Notes: generated by a model from the letters alone, not told the origin. A stretch of 42,492 bases of DNA from a virus (IMGVR_UViG_3300019877_000001:1-42492), one strand, 5' to 3'. Positions 8,009 to 17,799 are shown, numbered from the stretch's first letter. Program-made: numbers and translations.

Positions 8009-8041
8009 GTGTCCTCTTTCGGGTAGCGATTTGTAGATGAA

Positions 8042-8227
8042 TCAGATTTCGGGGCTGAACTTCTCGACCTTGTTACGGTAGAACCACAACGTTTCGGAGT
8101 CGCTGGTGACCTCTATCTGTACCATGTCTTTTTCGTCACTCTCGCACTTGACGAAGCCTGTTTGCCCCGCCCATGCACCAGCAGTTATCTTGACCCAATC
8201 GTTGAATTTGAAGATGAGATCGGACAT
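8042..8227 (-). CDS. KOW-motif protein
   Basis: FKFNDWVKITAGAWAGQTGFV matches the KOW consensus (GD.V.I..G.F.G..G.V). Confidence 0.65.
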   Translation of the reverse strand: MSDLIFKFNDWVKITAGAWAGQTGFVKCESDEKDMVQIEVTSDSETLWFYRNKVEKFSPEI

Positions 8228-8241
8228 CTTTCGTACCTCGC

Positions 8242-8826
8242 TCAGATCGTGAACGTGTGAGCCCTGACCCAGTCGTAGATCTCGACTCGCACAGATGATG
8301 GATCGATTTTCCACGTCACCTTGTAAAGATTCTTTTCGAATTCGCCGTCGACGCCTACGACAGCGGTAGCTACGTAGTCGAAGATGTCGTCACGTTCGAC
8401 TACAAGCGTGAGAACTTCCACCTTCTCCAGCGGAACCCGGGGTAGATGATTCTCGTAGAACTCCATCCACACGAGGTACTGTATCTTCTCTCGCCAGGTG
8501 CCGGTCTGAAGAATAGACGCTTCTTCGTCGGACTTGGCGTTCTTCTGTGCCTCTTTCTTCAGCCTTACGTAATCACCGTAGCCGTAGAAAGTGGCGAGAT
8601 GATTTGCCACGTTCTCGTTCGAGAGGTCTCGCTCGTTGATGTTCCAACGGAAAGGACCGGCCGTCAAGACCAGTCCGTCCGACACCAACCTGAAGATCCA
8701 GACGTGTTGGGGCTGGAAGCCCATCTCGCTATTCAGACCCTGATACACAAGCTCAATGGTGAAGCTGTTCCCATTGATCTCGTAATCCTTCGAGAACTCG
8801 GCCACGAAGTCGTCCGGTGTTTCCAT
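8242..8826 (-). CDS. Hypothetical protein
   Basis: 194-aa ORF with RBS (GAAAGG) in the gene-dense minus-strand run. Confidence 0.7.
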   Translation of the reverse strand: METPDDFVAEFSKDYEINGNSFTIELVYQGLNSEMGFQPQHVWIFRLVSDGLVLTAGPFRWNINERDLSNENVANHLATFYGYGDYVRLKKEAQKNAKSDEEASILQTGTWREKIQYLVWMEFYENHLPRVPLEKVEVLTLVVERDDIFDYVATAVVGVDGEFEKNLYKVTWKIDPSSVRVEIYDWVRAHTFTI

Positions 8827-8846
8827 TTCGTTCGCCTTTCAATTTG

Positions 8847-9059
8847 TCAAGCTTTGAATACTTCGAACTTTCCATCGTCAGTACCGATGATCAAGTCGCC
8901 GATTGAGGCTCGATCAACGCCGTTTCCTACCGGGACATTGATACCCGGAGAAGTCTGATCGGCGTTGAATGGATCAATCTCTGCAACGACACGACCACCA
9001 CACCATTCGGCGATCTCCTGAGCGTTGTCGTGCCTCAGGACTCTGGTCTCAGAAGCCAT
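8847..9059 (-). CDS. Hypothetical protein, paralogue of the 7586 ORF
   Basis: NAQEIAEWCGG...RASIGDLII...GKFEVFK. Confidence 0.7.
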   Translation of the reverse strand: MASETRVLRHDNAQEIAEWCGGRVVAEIDPFNADQTSPGINVPVGNGVDRASIGDLIIGTDDGKFEVFKA

Positions 9060-9580
9060 CAGTGCACCTCGTATTCGCCCTCGATCACCATGTGATCCTC
9101 ACCCGCGGCGAGCTGTCTGGTCTCGGCCATGATGCTCTTCCATTTCTCCTCGAGGTAATCCTCCTCGATCTTCATGAAGAGCGTTTGCAGATAAGCCTTG
9201 ACGCCGTGTTTGTCGCCCACGGCCCACTCGTATGGATAGAGCGTGACATCCGCTGTCTCGATGTCGACCCAGTCGAGTTGCTCGACCAAGTCTTCAGTGA
9301 GATAGCTCATGTTCTTCGAGGTGACCAGAACAATCTTTGGCGGCTTCTTCTTGAAGCTCACCGCCACCTGGATGTAGGGCTGACGAACTTCGTCTTCGTC
9401 ACGGGCTTTCAGATACTTGACGTTCCAACCGTCTCGCTCCATTTCCGCGGCACGGTCTTCATCCAGGAGGATCGCGAAGTTGCGATCGCCCTCACGGTTG
9501 TAGACGTCTTCCTTACCGGCGAAGTTCCGGAAGGCGATTGTCACATCCTCGAGGGTCTTGTTGTTACTGTTTCGGGCCAT
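9059..9580 (-). CDS. Probable single-stranded DNA-binding protein
   Basis: IAFRNFAG..D.YN.EG.RNF...G.KAYL pattern typical of phage SSBs; acidic C-terminal tail; lies in the replication module. Confidence 0.65.
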   Translation of the reverse strand: MARNSNNKTLEDVTIAFRNFAGKEDVYNREGDRNFAILLDEDRAAEMERDGWNVKYLKARDEDEVRQPYIQVAVSFKKKPPKIVLVTSKNMSYLTEDLVEQLDWVDIETADVTLYPYEWAVGDKHGVKAYLQTLFMKIEEDYLEEKWKSIMAETRQLAAGEDHMVIEGEYEVH

Positions 9581-9878
9581 CGAGACCTTCCTTACCTTCT
9601 GGCCAAACCGTCGGATCGGCGCGAGGCGGCTTCATGTCGTCCGGGCCACAGCAACAGTAATTGGGAGAACAATCATGTTTCGGGGTACTGTTTTTCGCCG
9701 ATTGTAGAATTAGAGAGTAACCCGACATGTGCGGGAGATCTTCGACGTGGATCTCTGGGTCTTCCGTGCTTCCCGCCTGAATCAGGAGACCGCCATTGTC
9801 CATGAGTTCCACATGAGCTGCGCCAATCATGCGGTCTTCGACAAAGAACGGCACGCTCCAACTCAAAGCCGCCATCAA
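9564..9878 (-). CDS. Hypothetical protein
   Basis: Coupled ORF sharing an (I/V/L)GxAx(V/I)E motif with its two neighbours. Confidence 0.55.
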   Translation of the reverse strand: MMAALSWSVPFFVEDRMIGAAHVELMDNGGLLIQAGSTEDPEIHVEDLPHMSGYSLILQSAKNSTPKHDCSPNYCCCGPDDMKPPRADPTVWPEGKEGLDGPKQ

Positions 9879-9884
9879 TACCTC

Positions 9885-10325
9885 CTACGAAGTCTCGTCG
9901 TCCGAGCGAATGGTGGGCTTGTGACCCCAGATCTCGTCGACGTCAGCCGCTGTCATGTGCAGGGGCTCGATCTTGTTGGTTGGATCGAACAACCTTCGCC
10001 GAGTCTCGTCGTCCGTGACCCGAACGTCGGTGATCTTGATGTCACCACCCTGCATTTCGATAGATGCTTCACCGACCTTCTCGTCATCGACGACCAACGG
10101 CAGCCACCGTTTCTGTGGATTCTCCTCGTCCACGTTCTTCGGCACGACCTTGAGCTCGGTGACTGGCTCCACCTCGACAGCGGTGTCCAACCAGGACTTC
10201 AGAGTCTTACCGACTGCGACGAGATTGTCGTTGATGGCCGTCAGAGCCCGGACCATCTCCTTCGTCGAACTGGCGATAGCTGCGAGAGACTGAGTGTTCT
10301 GACGGTCCTGTCCGGGCGCCGCCAT
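9885..10325 (-). CDS. Hypothetical protein
   Basis: 146-aa ORF, TGATG-coupled to the upstream gene. Confidence 0.65.
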   Translation of the reverse strand: MAAPGQDRQNTQSLAAIASSTKEMVRALTAINDNLVAVGKTLKSWLDTAVEVEPVTELKVVPKNVDEENPQKRWLPLVVDDEKVGEASIEMQGGDIKITDVRVTDDETRRRLFDPTNKIEPLHMTAADVDEIWGHKPTIRSDDETS

Positions 10326-10723
10326 CAGTCCTTCTTCGTGATCGTGGTGTCTTGCCCGGTCTCCTCCTGGAGGATGTTGATGTCTCCCACCAGGTCGTGA
10401 ATCTCGTGTGCGTCCTGCTGGTCCTGGGTGTTCGGGTTGGTCACGGTAACTCCTTTTTCTGTCCAGGGTAGATGTGGTACGTTTCCGGCGAATTTTGCGC
10501 CGAGGCCTAATTCTTTGGCCATTCCCGGCTCGGTGATAGTCACGTGGACTTCGAACGAACCGTCGGGAAGCTCTTCCACTTCAGCTTCCCCGAGTTCAAC
10601 ACGATCGGGTCCATCCCCTAACATCAGACGGACCCGCTTCTTTTCTCCCATTGTCATACAAGCTTCTCCATAACATCCTTCAGCTACACAGACGTTGGAG
10701 TTCTTGCCGTCGCATGGTCTCAA
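10325..10723 (-). CDS. Hypothetical protein (start uncertain)
   Basis: ORF directly downstream of the polymerase. Confidence 0.6.
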   Translation of the reverse strand: MRPCDGKNSNVCVAEGCYGEACMTMGEKKRVRLMLGDGPDRVELGEAEVEELPDGSFEVHVTITEPGMAKELGLGAKFAGNVPHLPWTEKGVTVTNPNTQDQQDAHEIHDLVGDINILQEETGQDTTITKKD

Positions 10724-13700
10724 GCAACGAACTCCTCGAACGAACCGAACTTCTCGATCTGCTTCTTGGCATCATCGACCAAGCGATCGAAGTAGCTACG
10801 ATCGATGTCGAGCTTCTGGTTCATAGCCTTGGCGGCGTCAGACTCGACCCAGAAATATCCCTTCGTTCCGGCAACTGCGTATTCCTTGTCCTCGAACTTC
10901 CGAACCAGTTTGCCGCCTACGCCAGACGACTCTGTCACCGGAATGAATCGACCAGTCCTGCCCACGAAATGCGGACCGCTTTCGAAATTCAGATACATGA
11001 AGCCCTTGGCCACTTGCTTCGTCTCCGCGAGATCCTTCTCCAGAATAACATCACCGGAGAACAAAGTCTTGAAGACGTAGGGCACCTTGAACTGGGCACC
11101 GACGGCATACCAATCGATGTCGTTCCCGTTGCTAGTCTTGGCGACGTAGACGGCATCATTGACGAGACAGAACTTCTGGTAGGTCGATTCGTGCTCGAAC
11201 GTGTATCCGAACTTCTCGCCGAAATCAAACACCAAGTCGATGACTTCGTCGTTCGCGTCAGCGATTTTGATCGAGTCCGTCTTGATGTGTACTACCTTGT
11301 GCCCCAGTTCCTGGATGTGGTTCTTGAGCTGCACCATGAACAGAGCACCGCGTTTCGCGGCAATATTGTCCTTGTTCCTCTTGTCCCGGAAGGGACTATC
11401 GAACGTGGCGGACGTAAGGCCGTAAACGATGTTGATGACAATCTTGAGAGCGTACGACAAATCCTTCGCCGAACCCTCATCCTTGAGATAAGGTTCCAGC
11501 TTGCCGTCCAACATCTCACGAGCACCTTTGTAATCTCCTCTCTTGATAGCGAGACGAGCATCCATCAGAGCCTTGAAGTTCTTCGTGTAGTCACCGAACA
11601 TGTTCAGCTTGATAAGCGACGTAGGATGCATTGATGCCACATCAAGCAATGCCACATTGCTATATATTCCTGGCTCGGCGTAGACGTAGCCACCCTCACC
11701 AAGCACTTCGCCCATGTACGTCGACTTGCCCATGTCGTACTCGTACCCGGGAAATTCCTCAGATAGATCCGTATAAACGAAATGCGATTGCGGATTGCGA
11801 TCACCCTCGAAAATGATCTGAGCAGTGTGCTTGGATGTGGGATCGTTGACTGTCAGACCACTGAGCTCAGCGAGAATCTGCCTCGCCACGAAGTCCTGCT
11901 CACGGTCCTCGAACGTGGCCTCTGTTGCCATGACATCGTTGCAACAGTACTCGACGACCTTGGGCCAGAGCTCTTCCGGGACATCCTGATCCCAGGGGTG
12001 ATCCATCTCCATGTGCGGGATGTCGAGCTCGATCTCGAACTTCTTGAGCGACTGCTTCTTACTCGAGAAATCCCAGATGTCCGTGTACGACAGAGCATAT
12101 GCCGCAGCGAACGTTGCACCGACTTTATTGTTGATCAGTCGCTGACTGAGTTCGAACAACTGTGCATTGTTGTAGCCCATGTATCGACCATAGAGAATGT
12201 GGTTGTCGAACCTGCGGTTGTAGAAGCCCACCAATTTCAGTTTGAACAAAGCCTCCACATCCTGGGCGGAGGGGTTGATCATACGAACGATGGTGTCCGA
12301 TCCCTGATACTTCCAGCAGACGACGAAGAGATTGGGGAAAACTTCGGTGTCGAAGAAAACCAGGGGTTGTTCGTCGTCCATACTTGCGCGGGGTTCCGGA
12401 ATGGATCCAGGTACGGCCTCACTCGAGAAACGCATCCGTTGGACGACCTTGAGGCAGGCGAGTGCCTGGTTCGTGCTGTTGTTGGCAAAGGCGATAACCT
12501 TGGGCCGCAGATCGGAGACGTCGTAGGCAAGGCCGGAAGCATACGCGTCTTGTAGAATTTTTGCGATAAAGTCAATTGAAGGCTTCGTTCCCGGATGAAT
12601 CTCCTTTTTGAAATTTCGTGCGATGAGATCACGAAGGCCTTTTTCGCTCTTGATCGTGTGTTCCGAGAGCACGTTTGTCTTCTCCCTGAGAGGTAGGCCA
12701 CTGTTGATGGTGGCAATAGGAACGGCATTGCACTTGGTGAGTCTCCGTCGGAGCGAAGCTTTCCCAGTGAATACCTTGACCTCGATGCCCTCGGAGAAGA
12801 CTCGAGAGAGCTGAGAAACATCGCCATCGTAGTAGTAATGGAGATGAACGCCTTCGCTACTTTTGGATAGTTCGGCATATGTTGGTGGCCAATTCGAAGC
12901 GGCTTCAAGATTTCGAGCGAGTGCTTTCCCACCGTTTTCTCCCTTTAAATCAAAATCTATCACTATCAAATTTTGTGGAACCATGACGAAATGTTCGAGA
13001 TGAGTATCAATTTCGTTCAGTGTTGTCGTTACCTTGGACCACGATAGCGACGGCGTTCCTGCGCTATTCGAGACCTGAGCGAGCTGAGTACTGAGTATCT
13101 CGTCAAGTAGAGATACTTTGTCCTCGATGACCAACGAGAACACCGTCTCGTTCTTTGTCGGCTTCTTGTATTTATTGGCGCTGAAACCACTGTAATAACT
13201 TCGTAGCGTCTCGCCATTGACCTCCACCTTATCCTTGAAACCCTCAAAGTAGTTTCGCAGTTCTTCGCGGAGTTTGTACTGAGGTAGCGGCTTCTCGATA
13301 CCGGTGTTGGCACAGTACTCTTTGTACAATTCGTACGCTTGCTTTAGGGTGGCGCCATCTTGCGATTTGAAGATTTCGTAATACGCCTCGATGAAGTTGA
13401 AGACGATGTCTGTCTGCAGCATCATCTCGGTCGGTTGATAACCGTTGTAGTAGTTCCTACCCATCCTCCGGTAGGTATCGAGACAGTGCTTCGCGATGGC
13501 ACCGAGCTCGAAATCAATCCGACTGTTTAGGCTGTTGTATTTGTTTGGGGGAATCAGGACGCCAGTAGGATTGATGTCGATCAGGCGTCTGATTATACCG
13601 GATTTGGCGTCCGAGATCTTTACAGGTTGATTCGTACCCATGAATAGAAGAGCATTCACCCGGCCCGTGTAGCTGGGCTTGTACTTCTCGTTCATCCGGA

Positions 13701-14451
13701 TGTCTTCGTGCGCGACAATCGAATTGAGCTTGGTGTTGTCGTCTATCCTGCTCAGATCCCCATCGTGCTGGATCGCAACAAGGGGGTTGCTCTTGAAGGC
13801 TTCTGTCGCGAAGGCGCTGTTGCTCGAGCCAAGAGCCTTCGCCTCGAAGGTCGCTGTGTATCCTTCGAAGAGCTTCTCTACGATCGACATGATGGTACTC
13901 TTGCCAGTCCCAGGATGTCCGTAGAATACGAAGAATTTCTGGATCTTCTTGGAATCTCCGGATATGATCGAACCAATTGCCCATTCGATTTTAGCCCTTT
14001 CCTCAACCGAATAGAGCGTCCCTACCAATTCGTCCCAAGAAGAATGATCTCCCTCCTCAAGAGAATATGGCAGTCGACGACTTACATAATCGGAGCGTTT
14101 CACCTCCTGATTAGCGAATGTCAAAGTCTCGTCCAGCTGATGAAAGCTGTCACTGATGTTGGCGAGGAACATTCGATAGTTGATCCACGACTTGTTGTTG
14201 TAATTCGTCATGGATTTGATGATTACGGTTTTACCCGCATACTTCTCTTTCGCGTATGCCCGCATTTCCGCATCCATTAGCCGACCGACATCATACTCGT
14301 CGGTCGACCACATCCCAGCCTCGTCATCCCAGATGGCATAGAACGAACGTCCTCGTACCATTAGATCTTTCGATCTACCTACCACAAAGTTGGGGGTTAG
14401 CGTAAGACCGCCGTCTTTTTTCTCGTCTACTTGCATGGTGTAGAAGTCCAC
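10720..14451 (-). CDS. Multifunctional replicase: SF3 (D5-like) helicase + AEP/prim-pol-like primase + 3'-5' exonuclease + family B DNA polymerase
   Basis: Walker A YGHPGTGKST and LLFMGTN; VIDFD...SKSSEGVHLHY; ExoI-III FFDTEVF, YNRRFD, YCCND; PolB motifs LDVASMHP, KIVINIVYG, IKTDSI. Confidence 0.88.
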   Translation of the reverse strand: MDFYTMQVDEKKDGGLTLTPNFVVGRSKDLMVRGRSFYAIWDDEAGMWSTDEYDVGRLMDAEMRAYAKEKYAGKTVIIKSMTNYNNKSWINYRMFLANISDSFHQLDETLTFANQEVKRSDYVSRRLPYSLEEGDHSSWDELVGTLYSVEERAKIEWAIGSIISGDSKKIQKFFVFYGHPGTGKSTIMSIVEKLFEGYTATFEAKALGSSNSAFATEAFKSNPLVAIQHDGDLSRIDDNTKLNSIVAHEDIRMNEKYKPSYTGRVNALLFMGTNQPVKISDAKSGIIRRLIDINPTGVLIPPNKYNSLNSRIDFELGAIAKHCLDTYRRMGRNYYNGYQPTEMMLQTDIVFNFIEAYYEIFKSQDGATLKQAYELYKEYCANTGIEKPLPQYKLREELRNYFEGFKDKVEVNGETLRSYYSGFSANKYKKPTKNETVFSLVIEDKVSLLDEILSTQLAQVSNSAGTPSLSWSKVTTTLNEIDTHLEHFVMVPQNLIVIDFDLKGENGGKALARNLEAASNWPPTYAELSKSSEGVHLHYYYDGDVSQLSRVFSEGIEVKVFTGKASLRRRLTKCNAVPIATINSGLPLREKTNVLSEHTIKSEKGLRDLIARNFKKEIHPGTKPSIDFIAKILQDAYASGLAYDVSDLRPKVIAFANNSTNQALACLKVVQRMRFSSEAVPGSIPEPRASMDDEQPLVFFDTEVFPNLFVVCWKYQGSDTIVRMINPSAQDVEALFKLKLVGFYNRRFDNHILYGRYMGYNNAQLFELSQRLINNKVGATFAAAYALSYTDIWDFSSKKQSLKKFEIELDIPHMEMDHPWDQDVPEELWPKVVEYCCNDVMATEATFEDREQDFVARQILAELSGLTVNDPTSKHTAQIIFEGDRNPQSHFVYTDLSEEFPGYEYDMGKSTYMGEVLGEGGYVYAEPGIYSNVALLDVASMHPTSLIKLNMFGDYTKNFKALMDARLAIKRGDYKGAREMLDGKLEPYLKDEGSAKDLSYALKIVINIVYGLTSATFDSPFRDKRNKDNIAAKRGALFMVQLKNHIQELGHKVVHIKTDSIKIADANDEVIDLVFDFGEKFGYTFEHESTYQKFCLVNDAVYVAKTSNGNDIDWYAVGAQFKVPYVFKTLFSGDVILEKDLAETKQVAKGFMYLNFESGPHFVGRTGRFIPVTESSGVGGKLVRKFEDKEYAVAGTKGYFWVESDAAKAMNQKLDIDRSYFDRLVDDAKKQIEKFGSFEEFVA

Positions 14452-14460
14452 GAAACCCCC

Positions 14461-14994
14461 TTAAGAAGCATCCTGAAGTAGGTATTCACTGAGTTGATAC
14501 CAGATTTCAACTTTTCGCTGATCGCGATCGGTAAAACGGAGAGGGAACAATCCTCCGTTCCCATCTCCGTCGTACGTTCTCCATATGACCGCGGATGTTC
14601 TGTTCTCTACTTCGTGCGGTGAGAAATTACTTCGATCGTTGAAACCCAGAAGCCCCAGGTTGTTGACAAGGTGCCAAAACCAGTAGGTAACATCGCCTTC
14701 GGTTTCGAAAGCTAGCCTTCTTGACAGCCCTATCAACATTTCGAGAAACGAACAACTGAGTGTGAACCAGTCGGGATCTAAACTGATTTCCCTTTCGCGC
14801 ATCCACTCACAGCGCAGTTCCCGACCATCCTCTGCTCTGTTGTCGTCGTTGGGAATAAACCAGACAAACTCGGTACAAAAGAGTTGTCTGAGTAGATCCC
14901 AATATGTCCTGGAGCTTTTCCGGGTCTTGACTTCCGCAACTTGACCGTACAACCAGGTCAAATATTGGTCGTCAAGAGTCCCGTCTGGCATCAC
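14461..14994 (-). CDS. Hypothetical phage protein
   Basis: 177-aa ORF with DDNRAEDG..LR and GNGGLFPL motifs, directly upstream of the replicase. Confidence 0.8.
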   Translation of the reverse strand: MMPDGTLDDQYLTWLYGQVAEVKTRKSSRTYWDLLRQLFCTEFVWFIPNDDNRAEDGRELRCEWMREREISLDPDWFTLSCSFLEMLIGLSRRLAFETEGDVTYWFWHLVNNLGLLGFNDRSNFSPHEVENRTSAVIWRTYDGDGNGGLFPLRFTDRDQRKVEIWYQLSEYLLQDAS

Positions 14995-15695
14995 ATATCA
15001 CGCCGTTGACGAGCACTCAGTCGAGGCTTCTGCTCGGGAACCTCATCGAGACCGAGTACCTCTTGGGCATATGATCCCTCGGAACGAACGAGCTCGAAAT
15101 CCATCCGAAGCTTCTCGTTCCTGATGTGCACAACATTGACGTCACTCGAGCCGATGCCGAACTGGATGTTGTTCTCACCAACAGTGGCGTCGACATCCTC
15201 GATGACATCCTCGCGTTCGTCGGTGAGAACCTTGTCCTTCTCGTAGTAGGTCAACTGCCCCTGCTCGTAGCCGAGATTGTTCTGCATGAAATCTTCTTGC
15301 GAAACGATGTATGGATTTTCCCTGTCAGTCTTACGTTCGAAGACATTCCTGACAAGCGGTTCACCCCCGATCTCAGCCTCGATCGCCAGCTCCTCCTCGG
15401 GGTCGTCTTCCGAGTCGTACTTCTTGGCGATCTTGTGGTACTCGACGCGCTGCGTTTCCTTCTCCTCTACGGTGAGAAGAGTGGCGCCGATCAGATCAGC
15501 TGCGGCATCCTGAGGAGTCGGGTACTTCTTCTCGTGGATCGTATAGAACTCCCGCATCTCCTCCGTCTCTGTCTTCAGACGCTCGTCGAATCTGGCCGCG
15601 AGCCTCTTCTCGGCGACGATGTAACCGGTGCCTGCGCCGATCAGCATGCTTGAGATGGAGACGCCTAGCAGCGTCAAAGAAGACCGATTCATCAC
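14991..15695 (-). CDS. Hypothetical protein with N-terminal hydrophobic helix
   Basis: N-terminal TM-like segment followed by an acidic domain. Confidence 0.8.
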   Translation of the reverse strand: MMNRSSLTLLGVSISSMLIGAGTGYIVAEKRLAARFDERLKTETEEMREFYTIHEKKYPTPQDAAADLIGATLLTVEEKETQRVEYHKIAKKYDSEDDPEEELAIEAEIGGEPLVRNVFERKTDRENPYIVSQEDFMQNNLGYEQGQLTYYEKDKVLTDEREDVIEDVDATVGENNIQFGIGSSDVNVVHIRNEKLRMDFELVRSEGSYAQEVLGLDEVPEQKPRLSARQRRDM

Positions 15696-15703
15696 AGTCC
15701 CCT

Positions 15704-16618
15704 TCAGATCTGGTTCCAGATGACCCCGTCGACGTTGAAGTCGAGGAGGATGGCGTCTTCGCGACCGTTGACGAAGTCCCGAACTCGATCGTTGATCTTG
15801 TCGTCGAAGATCCCGAAATCGACATAGTCGTCGCCACCCTTGCCGTGAACCCAGCCGACAGCCGCGCCGGCGCCGGAACGCGGAAGACCCAGCGCATCGT
15901 AGACTTCGTTCAGGAACACGTGACCGCGAGCCTGCAGCATGTCGTTCGCGTAGTTCTGCTGCGCCTTCAGGAAGATCATGTTGTACTCGGGGTTGCGCTT
16001 GAAGTCCGGGCAGAGCTCGTCGAAGAACCGCGCGTACTGCGAAGGCTGATCGTCGCCGACCCGAGTAACCTTGACGACCTTCTTCTTGCCATCGTCGCCC
16101 TCGACGGTCTCCTTGTCTTCGCGAGTGCCGTAGCGGAGATCGCGGTCGGCTTCCTCGCCGAGCTGCTCACGAACACGGTCGCGGTACTGGTTGAACGCCT
16201 GGTCGGTCGCCGCGTAGGCCGCAGACAACGACGCGTTCCTACGGTTCAGGGTGATGTGAGAGCCGGTCAGCAGAGCCACCGAGATCATCGCCAGACCAGC
16301 CGCTGGCGCGTACAGCTTGGTGACGTTCAGAACGGTCTTGACCTTGATGACGGTCAGGTCCTTGGCGTACTGCTTGTCGGTGTACTCGACAGCGTGGTCG
16401 CTCTGAGCACCAGCCGAATGAAGCTGCTCGGCCTTGAACTTAAGCTCCTCGGCCTCCAGCAGAACATCGCTGAGCTTCAGCGTGCTCCGGCAGGCCAGAA
16501 CAGTCGCACCGAGACCGGCGGCCACACCGCCGACGAACATGACCTGAGGGGAGGTCTTCTGCAAGTGCAGCAGCTGACGGCCGAACTTGACCGAGACCGC
16601 CTTGGGAATGAATTTCAT
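15704..16618 (-). CDS. DUF6353-like protein
   Basis: SP.I/V..G.AG N-terminus, YAP...N..LSAAY, C-terminal GHVFLNEVYDALG...VGW. Confidence 0.7.
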   Translation of the reverse strand: MKFIPKAVSVKFGRQLLHLQKTSPQVMFVGGVAAGLGATVLACRSTLKLSDVLLEAEELKFKAEQLHSAGAQSDHAVEYTDKQYAKDLTVIKVKTVLNVTKLYAPAAGLAMISVALLTGSHITLNRRNASLSAAYAATDQAFNQYRDRVREQLGEEADRDLRYGTREDKETVEGDDGKKKVVKVTRVGDDQPSQYARFFDELCPDFKRNPEYNMIFLKAQQNYANDMLQARGHVFLNEVYDALGLPRSGAGAAVGWVHGKGGDDYVDFGIFDDKINDRVRDFVNGREDAILLDFNVDGVIWNQI

Positions 16619-16761
16619 GAATCTTCCTTATCGTTTCGCTTGGCGTACTTGTTGACTTGGATTTCTAGATTTCCCGCGCCAATGGTTATGAAGAATTGCC
16701 TCCAACTAAAAATCTCCCAGCCAACATAGTTGTTGGAGTAGGAATGAAACCAATCCGGCAT
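16615..16761 (-). CDS. Small hypothetical protein (48 aa)
   Basis: AAGG before the ATG at 16761; ATGA overlap with the next gene. Confidence 0.5.
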   Translation of the reverse strand: MPDWFHSYSNNYVGWEIFSWRQFFITIGAGNLEIQVNKYAKRNDKEDS

Positions 16762-16768
16762 CCTTGTC

Positions 16769-17410
16769 TTACTCGATGGATTGCGGCTTCGGGAGGTTAA
16801 GGATATAGCCTTCCCGAGTCCTTTGAACATTAGCTCCATTAAGCTCAACCCAGCCCCATTTCTGATCGACGTAGGATGATGACCAGCCGACAAGACTGTG
16901 GAGATCCGCAACACTAGCGACCTCGTATTCGCGGAGCAGATCGTACATTCGATCCAGGACAGTCTCAGCTTCTACCCGAGTCGCCAAGAGTATGTCATCG
17001 ATCGTGTGACTACGTGCTTGTGCGGTTGGACGTCGATCTTCAACTCCAGATCGCCCAATTGGATTGTTACCGCGAACGGAGTATCTGGTGTAATTGGTAG
17101 GTCCTGGAGTGCGTGCGCCACCGCCGAACCTGTTTCGCGGGCGATGTTCTCCATAAATCAGCCTTTCGAAACCCTGACTAGCCGCCTCAGTTATCATGTC
17201 CTTGGCTTGCGGCACAAGCACGTCCATCACGACGTACTGAACTACGCTTCGTGAGTCTCCGCCGATGAAGACATCTTTGAAGCGCTTGAAGAGCCCTCGC
17301 TTTCGTGCCTGCACCTCTCCGGTGACCACCGACTCGACTTTCTTCGGCTCACTTCCCTGAGGTTGAGGGTTGGGCTTGCTTTTGGAATTTCCTGGGAATT
17401 CGGTTGTCAT
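16769..17410 (-). CDS. Hypothetical protein sharing its C-terminal domain with the DUF6353-like genes
   Basis: ASVADLHSLVG...KWGW resembles the C-termini of the 15704 and 18456 ORFs. Confidence 0.8.
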   Translation of the reverse strand: MTTEFPGNSKSKPNPQPQGSEPKKVESVVTGEVQARKRGLFKRFKDVFIGGDSRSVVQYVVMDVLVPQAKDMITEAASQGFERLIYGEHRPRNRFGGGARTPGPTNYTRYSVRGNNPIGRSGVEDRRPTAQARSHTIDDILLATRVEAETVLDRMYDLLREYEVASVADLHSLVGWSSSYVDQKWGWVELNGANVQRTREGYILNLPKPQSIE

Positions 17411-17434
17411 GACCCTCTATTCGTGGAAATGAGA

Positions 17435-17465
17435 AAACCTAAACCCCTTGTGGGGTTGTCGGTTT
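17435..17465 (-). terminator. Cassette terminator (copy 1)
   Basis: AAACC-GAC-AACCCC-ACAA-GGGGTT-TA-GGTTT then TCTCATTT, just after a stop codon. Confidence 0.7.
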
Positions 17466-17470
17466 GATTG

Positions 17471-17731
17471 TCACTTGTCGGAGGTCTTACGATTCTTGAT
17501 GTGCTTGTCGTACAAGACGACCATCTCATCGATCTTGCGGTCCGTGTAGTTCGAAGTGATTTCGCTCAGGGAATAGCCGATAGCAGCGCTGGCAGCTGTC
17601 ACAGTCACCTGGGAGGGGATTGTGGTAGTGTCTACGTTGTTCTCGATGATTCCTTTGACGATCTTCGTGATACCGAACCCAACGATCGTTGATACGGTCT
17701 TCTTGGCAACAGCAAGCTTGTCAAACTTCAT
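17471..17731 (-). CDS. Small cassette protein (86 aa)
   Basis: Has its own promoter motif, GAAAGGA RBS and terminator. Confidence 0.75.
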   Translation of the reverse strand: MKFDKLAVAKKTVSTIVGFGITKIVKGIIENNVDTTTIPSQVTVTAASAAIGYSLSEITSNYTDRKIDEMVVLYDKHIKNRKTSDK

Positions 17732-17746
17732 TTGTTGTCCTTTCAT

Positions 17747-17779
17747 GGGGTCTCACTATAAGCCATGTAAATTTTGCGA
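17747..17779 (-). promoter_or_regulatory. Phage promoter-like motif
   Basis: TCGCAAAATTTACATGGCTTATAGTGAGACCCC, identical over 33 bp to 20439-20471. Confidence 0.8.
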
Positions 17780-17799
17780 GGGGGCGGGCGCCTTTTAGT

